Shown piece after piece: positions 58,493 through 64,000 of a DNA stretch of 64,000 bases; position 1 is the stretch's first letter, and each line of letters opens with the position of its first letter. The DNA lies in assembly GCA_015485695.1 (NCBI GenBank), contig WFTB01000006.1, positions 14,334-78,333 on the forward strand, in the 5' to 3' direction. The notes below the pieces were generated by a model, which was not told the DNA's origin, made no database searches, and saw nothing but the letters and a program-made list of their open reading frames with translations. A program made the translations under genes and the position numbers. Source of the DNA: Patescibacteria group bacterium. GTDB taxonomy: Bacteria > Patescibacteriota > Patescibacteriia > WFTA01 > S139-112.

Positions 58493-59614
58493 ATGAGAAA
58501 ATTACCACTGTTGGAAGCGTCCGCTACACTCATCGGCACTGCCATCGGTGCGGGAATCTTGGGAATACCGTATGCCGTATCTCAAGTCGGATTTCCACTC
58601 GGAATAGCGATAATGACGATTATGGCTTTGGTTGTGGGTTTAAGGCATCTCATGCTCGCCGAGATAACTTTACGCACTCCTCACGTGCACCAGATGCCTG
58701 GATATGCCGGAATATATCTCGGTCCTTGGCTTAAACGTGTTTCGTTCACGGCTGTTTTACTTGGCGGGTACGGTTCTTTGCTTGCTTACACAATCGGACA
58801 AGGCGAGGTTTTGGCGGTTTTGTTCGGAGGTAGCATGGTCTGGTGGAGTCTCGGATTTTTCGCTTTTGGCGTAACACTTGTGTATTTCGGATTAAACGTG
58901 ATAAAGCGTTCAGAGCTTGTAATGACCGTGTTTATATTCCTGATAACGGTTGCGATAGGAATTTTCGCGTGGAATGACATTACTTTTGACAATCTCGTTT
59001 TTTTCGAACCGGGTAAGTGGGTCTTGCCGTATGGAGTTTTGCTTTTCGCTTTTAGCGGTTCGATAGCGATTCCTCAAATGCGCGAGGAATTGAAAGGACG
59101 TGAAAGAGATTTGAAAAAATCCTTATTCATCGGAAGTTTCGCGGTGTTTGGAGTTTATTTATTGTTCACATATCTTGTCTTAGGTGTTACCGGAAACGAT
59201 ACGACCGATATCGCGACAATAGGTCTTGGAGACAAAATCGGACCGCAAATGATTTTGATAGGGAATTTACTCGCGTTTTTTACAATGGGGACGAGTTTTT
59301 TGACAAGCGCTCTCGGAATGAAGGAGGTGTTCATGTTTGATTATCACTTTTCCGGGTCAAAGTCATGGTGGATGACCGTTGTTGTACCCCTTTTGCTTTT
59401 CATATCCGGTGTTCGTGATTTTATAGCGGTGCTTGGAATTGCGGGAGGGGTTTTATCCGGTATTCAAAGCATAGTAATAGTGCTTTCTTTTTGGAGGGCG
59501 AGAAAGACGGGATGGAGAAAGCCCGAGTTTACTATAGGTCCGATGCGATTGTGGGGAAGCGTGCTTATAATTTTTTTCTTGCTGGGTGCGGTTATGACCA
59601 TAATAAACATTTAG
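58493..59614 (+). CDS. Aromatic amino acid permease (HAAAP / Trp-Tyr transporter family)
   Basis: LIGTAIGAGILGIPY, about 11 TMs, PYGVLLFAF, TSFL. Confidence 0.88.
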   Translation: MRKLPLLEASATLIGTAIGAGILGIPYAVSQVGFPLGIAIMTIMALVVGLRHLMLAEITLRTPHVHQMPGYAGIYLGPWLKRVSFTAVLLGGYGSLLAYTIGQGEVLAVLFGGSMVWWSLGFFAFGVTLVYFGLNVIKRSELVMTVFIFLITVAIGIFAWNDITFDNLVFFEPGKWVLPYGVLLFAFSGSIAIPQMREELKGRERDLKKSLFIGSFAVFGVYLLFTYLVLGVTGNDTTDIATIGLGDKIGPQMILIGNLLAFFTMGTSFLTSALGMKEVFMFDYHFSGSKSWWMTVVVPLLLFISGVRDFIAVLGIAGGVLSGIQSIVIVLSFWRARKTGWRKPEFTIGPMRLWGSVLIIFFLLGAVMTIINI

Positions 59615-59666
59615 AATCTAATGATAAAATTTAGGTTTTTACGATTTTAGGTTTTAAACATATTTC

Positions 59667-60023
59667 ATGTTTTATTTTTCCCATTTTATAACGCGAGGAT
59701 TTACTCAATTTATTATGCTTGCTCTGTGGTGGTATGGTGAAGGTTTTTGGCTTGCGATTAAGCGTTTTGCGTGGCTTGAGAAACGTGATGTTTCGCGAAT
59801 CGGGGTGCATGTTTGGATTCGCAATTTCTTTGTACCCATGTTTCATGATTATACTTTGATTGGACGCGCTTTGAGCGTGGTTTTCAGGTTTTTCATAATA
59901 ATTGGTAAAACCGTTAATCTTCTGGTAAGAACTTTCGTTCGGCTTATCGTTTTGTTGGTTTGGATTACTTTGCCACTTTTGTTTGTAGCGGGTCTTGTAA
60001 TGTACGGATACAAGTTTTTTTAA
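59667..60023 (+). CDS. Small conserved membrane protein coupled to the Clp ATPase gene
   Basis: WWYGEG...WIRNFFVPMFHDYTLIGRALSVVFR; stop overlaps the next start (TAATG). Confidence 0.78.
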   Translation: MFYFSHFITRGFTQFIMLALWWYGEGFWLAIKRFAWLEKRDVSRIGVHVWIRNFFVPMFHDYTLIGRALSVVFRFFIIIGKTVNLLVRTFVRLIVLLVWITLPLLFVAGLVMYGYKFF

Positions 60024-62596
60024 TGCCTATGGCTCTTTCTCTTACATGGGAACGAAATCAAAACAGAGACGCTCTCCTTGATATGAGAGCTCGTAATCGC
60101 GTGGATTATACTTGGCGCATTATATGGGCGATATGCGTCGTGATTGGAGCAATTAGCATGTCAGCGATTTTCGGTATTTTCATACGATCTCGTGGCGAAG
60201 CATTCATTTGGGAAATCGTTTTTGGCAACGATGTTTTGGGTCTGGGAATCCTTATCGGTATTCTCGGAATTATGTTTGTGTCTCGCGATTTTGTCGAAAG
60301 CCGAAGGACGATGCCTCCGCTTTCCGTGATTATCGAAAAGCGAATCGACAAAAAGCAAGAAGTTAGCGAGTATATGAGCAAGGACGCTTTGCGTATCATT
60401 GATAATTCGTTTTTGAGAGGGGAAAGCTGGTATCCTTGGTACCTGTTCATGGAACTACTGAAGGATAAACGCATCATTGAATTGTTGACTCGCCTTGGCA
60501 TAGACGCCGAGGATATGTCGGAAAACGTCAAAAAAGTCGAATTTGCGGATAACGCGAAAAACAACACTCCCGAAGTTGAGAAAAACCAATTCATGTCAAT
60601 CGCGTTCAAGGCTCTTGAGATAGCGTATAGAAACAACGATGACAGAGTGCATGTTGGAGATTTGTTTGTCGCTCTGATAAGCCAGCCCGGCGTTACCAGG
60701 GATTTTATGGTGGATTACGGTATTCGAGAATCCCGTCTTGAGGGGGTTAACAGTTGGTTGCATTTTCAAGCCATTCTTACCGGAAAAAGACTCGACGCGA
60801 AAGAATCAATGCTTGTCCGAACTCATTCGTGGCGCAATCAGCTTTGGACATCAACCGTTACGCCATTGCTGGACTCGGTAGGTGTAGACATGACTCGAAA
60901 CGCGTGGCAATATTCACAGTTGGTCGCTCGCGATTCTGAGTTGTCTTTGTTGTACGAAGAGTTCGGCGCCGGAAACTTCGGGGTATTGATAGTCGGACCC
61001 AAAGGAGCCGGGAAAAGCTCTTTTATCGAAGGTGTCGCAAAAAAGATTATCGCAAACCAAGCTCCGCCACCTCTCGCGGACAGGAGGATGGTCACTCTTT
61101 CCGTCGCGAAGTTGCTTTCTTTGTCAAGCGCCAGAACTCCGTTTAAAGTGATAGCCGCGCAACTGGCTCGAGAGATTGCGCGTTCCGGGAATATAATAAT
61201 AGTCCTCGAGGATTTTTCCGCTCTCAAGGCGATAAAGACGGATGAAGCGGGCGAGCTTGTCGAGTCATTGCTCATGGATATTATGCGTGGCGGTCATGTA
61301 TTGTTGCTCGCGGCGATTCACGAAGAAGAATTGGCAAGTGTTTCCGGGCAACTTATTTCTTCATTGCCTCGCATTACCATTGCGTCATTGGATGACGAGT
61401 CCACGATAAGAGCGATAGAAAGCAGTGTGCCAATGTTGGAGTCAAAGTACAATGTCGCGTTCACTTATCCTGCTCTTGAGCGTATCGCGAGTTTGTCGAC
61501 TCGATTTATGCACGACGGAGCACAACCCGGAAAAGCCCGAGCATTGATGGAAAGCGTCGCGAGAGAATTATCCGTTCGAGGAAAAAGAACTTGGGTAAGA
61601 GATCACGACGTTGAGCGCGCAGTATCGAACAAAGTCGGAATACCGGTCACGCAAGTATCTGACAGAGAAAAAGACTTATTGGTCAATCTAGAAGAGAGAA
61701 TACACGAAAAATATATAAACCAAGTAACGGCGGTGCGAGCCGTGGCGACTGCGATGAGACGCGCTCGCACGCAACTTGGCAGTTCAAGCAGACCCATCGC
61801 AAATATGCTTTTTCTCGGACCAACCGGAGTAGGCAAAACCGAGCTCGCGAAACGATTGGCGGAAGTGTATTTCGGCGGTCGAGACAAAATGGTTCGCCTT
61901 GACATGTCCGAGTATCAAGAGGTGCAAAGTATCAGGAATCTGATAGGTGCTCCGATCGGTTCTTCCGGAAACGAGTTGGAGGGACATCTGGTATCAACCA
62001 TCCGAGAAAATCCGTTTTCAGTGATATTGCTTGACGAGTTCGAAAAAGCCCACCCCGATGTTTTGAATATATTTTTGCAAATCATGGAAGACGGTCGTCT
62101 TACTTCTCCGGACGGTAAGACTTATGACTTTACAAACAGCCTTATAATAGCAACATCAAATGCCGGCGCCGAAAGAATACAAGAAGAAATCAAATCGGGT
62201 AAAAAGGTGCAAGACATAGCTTATGACCTCAAACAACACGAGCTTGTTCAGTATTTCAGACCTGAGCTTATAAACAGGTTTGACGCGATAGTCGTCTTTG
62301 AGACATTGTCGTTTGGACATATTGTGGAAATATCGAAATTGCTATTGAGTGAGTTATCGTACAATCTCGCCAAAAGAGAAATAATTCTCGAAGTTTCTCC
62401 GGACGCCTTGAAAGACTTGGCTCGCGAAGGGTATGTCCCTTCACAAGGGGCAAGACCGCTAAGAAGGGTGATACAGGACAATGTGGAAGATCAGATTGCG
62501 AAACTTCTGCTAAAAGGAGAGGTTCAAGCTAGAGACACGATTATTCTCAAAAAGGGATTCAAACTGGAGGTTAAAAAAGCGCAACATTACAATTAG
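60023..62596 (+). CDS. Membrane-anchored ClpA/ClpB-family AAA+ ATPase
   Basis: Two N-terminal TMs, Clp-N-like repeats, D1 GPKGAGKS, D2 FLGPTGVGKTELAK, RLDMSEY, LLDEFEKAHP, FRPELINRFD, GARPLRR. Confidence 0.9.
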   Translation: MPMALSLTWERNQNRDALLDMRARNRVDYTWRIIWAICVVIGAISMSAIFGIFIRSRGEAFIWEIVFGNDVLGLGILIGILGIMFVSRDFVESRRTMPPLSVIIEKRIDKKQEVSEYMSKDALRIIDNSFLRGESWYPWYLFMELLKDKRIIELLTRLGIDAEDMSENVKKVEFADNAKNNTPEVEKNQFMSIAFKALEIAYRNNDDRVHVGDLFVALISQPGVTRDFMVDYGIRESRLEGVNSWLHFQAILTGKRLDAKESMLVRTHSWRNQLWTSTVTPLLDSVGVDMTRNAWQYSQLVARDSELSLLYEEFGAGNFGVLIVGPKGAGKSSFIEGVAKKIIANQAPPPLADRRMVTLSVAKLLSLSSARTPFKVIAAQLAREIARSGNIIIVLEDFSALKAIKTDEAGELVESLLMDIMRGGHVLLLAAIHEEELASVSGQLISSLPRITIASLDDESTIRAIESSVPMLESKYNVAFTYPALERIASLSTRFMHDGAQPGKARALMESVARELSVRGKRTWVRDHDVERAVSNKVGIPVTQVSDREKDLLVNLEERIHEKYINQVTAVRAVATAMRRARTQLGSSSRPIANMLFLGPTGVGKTELAKRLAEVYFGGRDKMVRLDMSEYQEVQSIRNLIGAPIGSSGNELEGHLVSTIRENPFSVILLDEFEKAHPDVLNIFLQIMEDGRLTSPDGKTYDFTNSLIIATSNAGAERIQEEIKSGKKVQDIAYDLKQHELVQYFRPELINRFDAIVVFETLSFGHIVEISKLLLSELSYNLAKREIILEVSPDALKDLAREGYVPSQGARPLRRVIQDNVEDQIAKLLLKGEVQARDTIILKKGFKLEVKKAQHYN

Positions 62597-62619
62597 CGAG
62601 CGTGGAATAATTGGTTTTT

Positions 62620-63858
62620 ATGAATAAATTTGAATTCAAGATAATAAAAAAAGATAAAAAATCCAGTGCCAGACTCGGTATTATACGAACACCCAACGGA
62701 ACCGTTCGCACACCGGCATTTATCGCTGTCGCGACCAATGCGTCGCTTAAAGGATCGGTTTCGCCGGATGACGCTCGACTTGCCGGCGCGCAAGCGCTTC
62801 TCGGAAACACATATCATCTATATGTGCGCGGGCAAGTGAACGCGGTGAAAAAGGGAGGGGGATTGGCGAAGTTTATGGGTTGGAAAGGGCCGACATACAC
62901 CGACTCCGGCGGTTATCAAGTGTTTAGTCTCGGAGACAGACTCAAGGATGGAGTTGGGAAGTTTCAAAATTACGACAGCATAAAATCTGTTCGTCGAAAT
63001 CCCAAAAAACCTCTACTGAAAATCAGCGAAAGGGGAGTTGAGTTCAAATCTCACATAGACGGGTCTTTGATAAAGATTACTCCGGAAAGTTCAATGACGA
63101 TACAAGAAAAGATAGGAGCCGATATGATATTCGCCTTTGACCAGCCAACATCCCCTTCGGCGACAATTGATTATTCTCGTGAAGCCATGGAGCGTACGCA
63201 CCGATGGGCTAAGAGATGCTTGAACAAGCACTCTGGGGAAACCGCGCAAGGAACCGCGCAAGCTCTTTTCGGTATCGTGCAAGGAGGACCGTATCGCGAG
63301 CTTCGTGAAGAATCGGCAAGGTTTATCGCGTCACTTGATTTCCCGGGATACGGGATTGGCGGTTCTTATCACAGAATAAACAATTCGGACAGATTCAATG
63401 AGCTTGATTGGGTTATACCACATTTGCACGAAGGCAAGCCGAAGCATTTTCTCGGTATAGGAGGGATAGAAGATATGATTGTCGCGGTTTTCCAAGGGTG
63501 TGATACATTTGATTGCGTAATACCGACCAGAGAAGCGCGTCACGGGCGTTTGTATGATTTGGTTTCCGACAAGCGAATGCATGATTATTTTGTTTGGCAA
63601 TATAATAAAGTCCAAGGCAAACCTGCGGGGCGAAAACCGCCGGCATTTTATCGAATCGTGAACATAACAAACAAAAAACACCGTCTCAGCTTAACGCCTC
63701 TTGGCGACGCGCATGAGAACAGGTATACATTTGGTTATATTCATCATCTCTTTCGGGTAAACGAACCGCTGGGTCATCGCCTTTCGACGGTGCATAATTT
63801 GGGATTTTATTTTCACCTCATGGAGCAATTACGCTTGTTTATCAAAAAACAAACCTAA
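62620..63858 (+). CDS. tgt: tRNA-guanine(34) transglycosylase
   Basis: ARLG...TPAF, LGNTYHL, TDSGGYQVFSL, RTHRWA, FGIVQGG, DTFDCVIPTREARHG, HNL. Confidence 0.95.
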   Translation: MNKFEFKIIKKDKKSSARLGIIRTPNGTVRTPAFIAVATNASLKGSVSPDDARLAGAQALLGNTYHLYVRGQVNAVKKGGGLAKFMGWKGPTYTDSGGYQVFSLGDRLKDGVGKFQNYDSIKSVRRNPKKPLLKISERGVEFKSHIDGSLIKITPESSMTIQEKIGADMIFAFDQPTSPSATIDYSREAMERTHRWAKRCLNKHSGETAQGTAQALFGIVQGGPYRELREESARFIASLDFPGYGIGGSYHRINNSDRFNELDWVIPHLHEGKPKHFLGIGGIEDMIVAVFQGCDTFDCVIPTREARHGRLYDLVSDKRMHDYFVWQYNKVQGKPAGRKPPAFYRIVNITNKKHRLSLTPLGDAHENRYTFGYIHHLFRVNEPLGHRLSTVHNLGFYFHLMEQLRLFIKKQT

Positions 63859-64000
63859 TAACAAACAAACCTGTCAGAAAAATTGCGTAATTCCAACTCT
63901 TGAGTTATTATCTCAATAAGATTAGCCATATATAGGTTTACAACAAAAGCATAGATAACATACAAATTCCCTCTATTATCAACCACCTACTCCGCATAAA

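Noticed and set aside
1-64000. Alternative genetic code (TGA = Gly/Trp)
   Set aside because: Conserved genes such as dnaX, uppS, gltX, prfA and murF end at TGA at expected lengths, and none is interrupted by in-frame TGA.

Overview
Housekeeping-rich chromosomal segment of a bacterium that is most likely a Patescibacteria/CPR (Parcubacteria-like) organism. This is inferred from a DUF5667 protein, a lone baseplate-J-like gene, a membrane-anchored Clp ATPase, many GT-C/GT4/GT2 glycosyltransferases and the near absence of biosynthetic genes. The standard genetic code is used (TGA is a stop). The window carries translation and tRNA-modification genes (gatB end, miaA, miaB, gltX, prfA, prmC, rpmE, rplY, fmt, def, tgt, three tRNAs), replication genes (dnaX, dnaE, priA, an ExoX-like nuclease), envelope genes (uppS, rodA, murF, M23 peptidase, RlpA-like, WecB/TagA, Wzz-like) and a two-component pair. 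There is no CRISPR array, cas gene, transposase, integrase or prophage. The most notable observations are: (1) a 1384-aa sensorless protein with two GGDEF domains, the first apparently split by two very large insertions; (2) a candidate ~155-nt stand-alone structured ncRNA with its own promoter and terminator at 26057-26215; (3) an attC-like site between two AT-rich cassette-like genes with no integrase; (4) a 94-bp tandem unit that duplicates the 3' end of tRNA-Gln; (5) several apparent pseudo-enzymes or altered enzymes (PriA without Walker A, HtrA without its triad, HD-less DUF4202 fused to a GT2, Zn-ligand-less Tgt). All family assignments come from motif recognition by eye, not from database searches.
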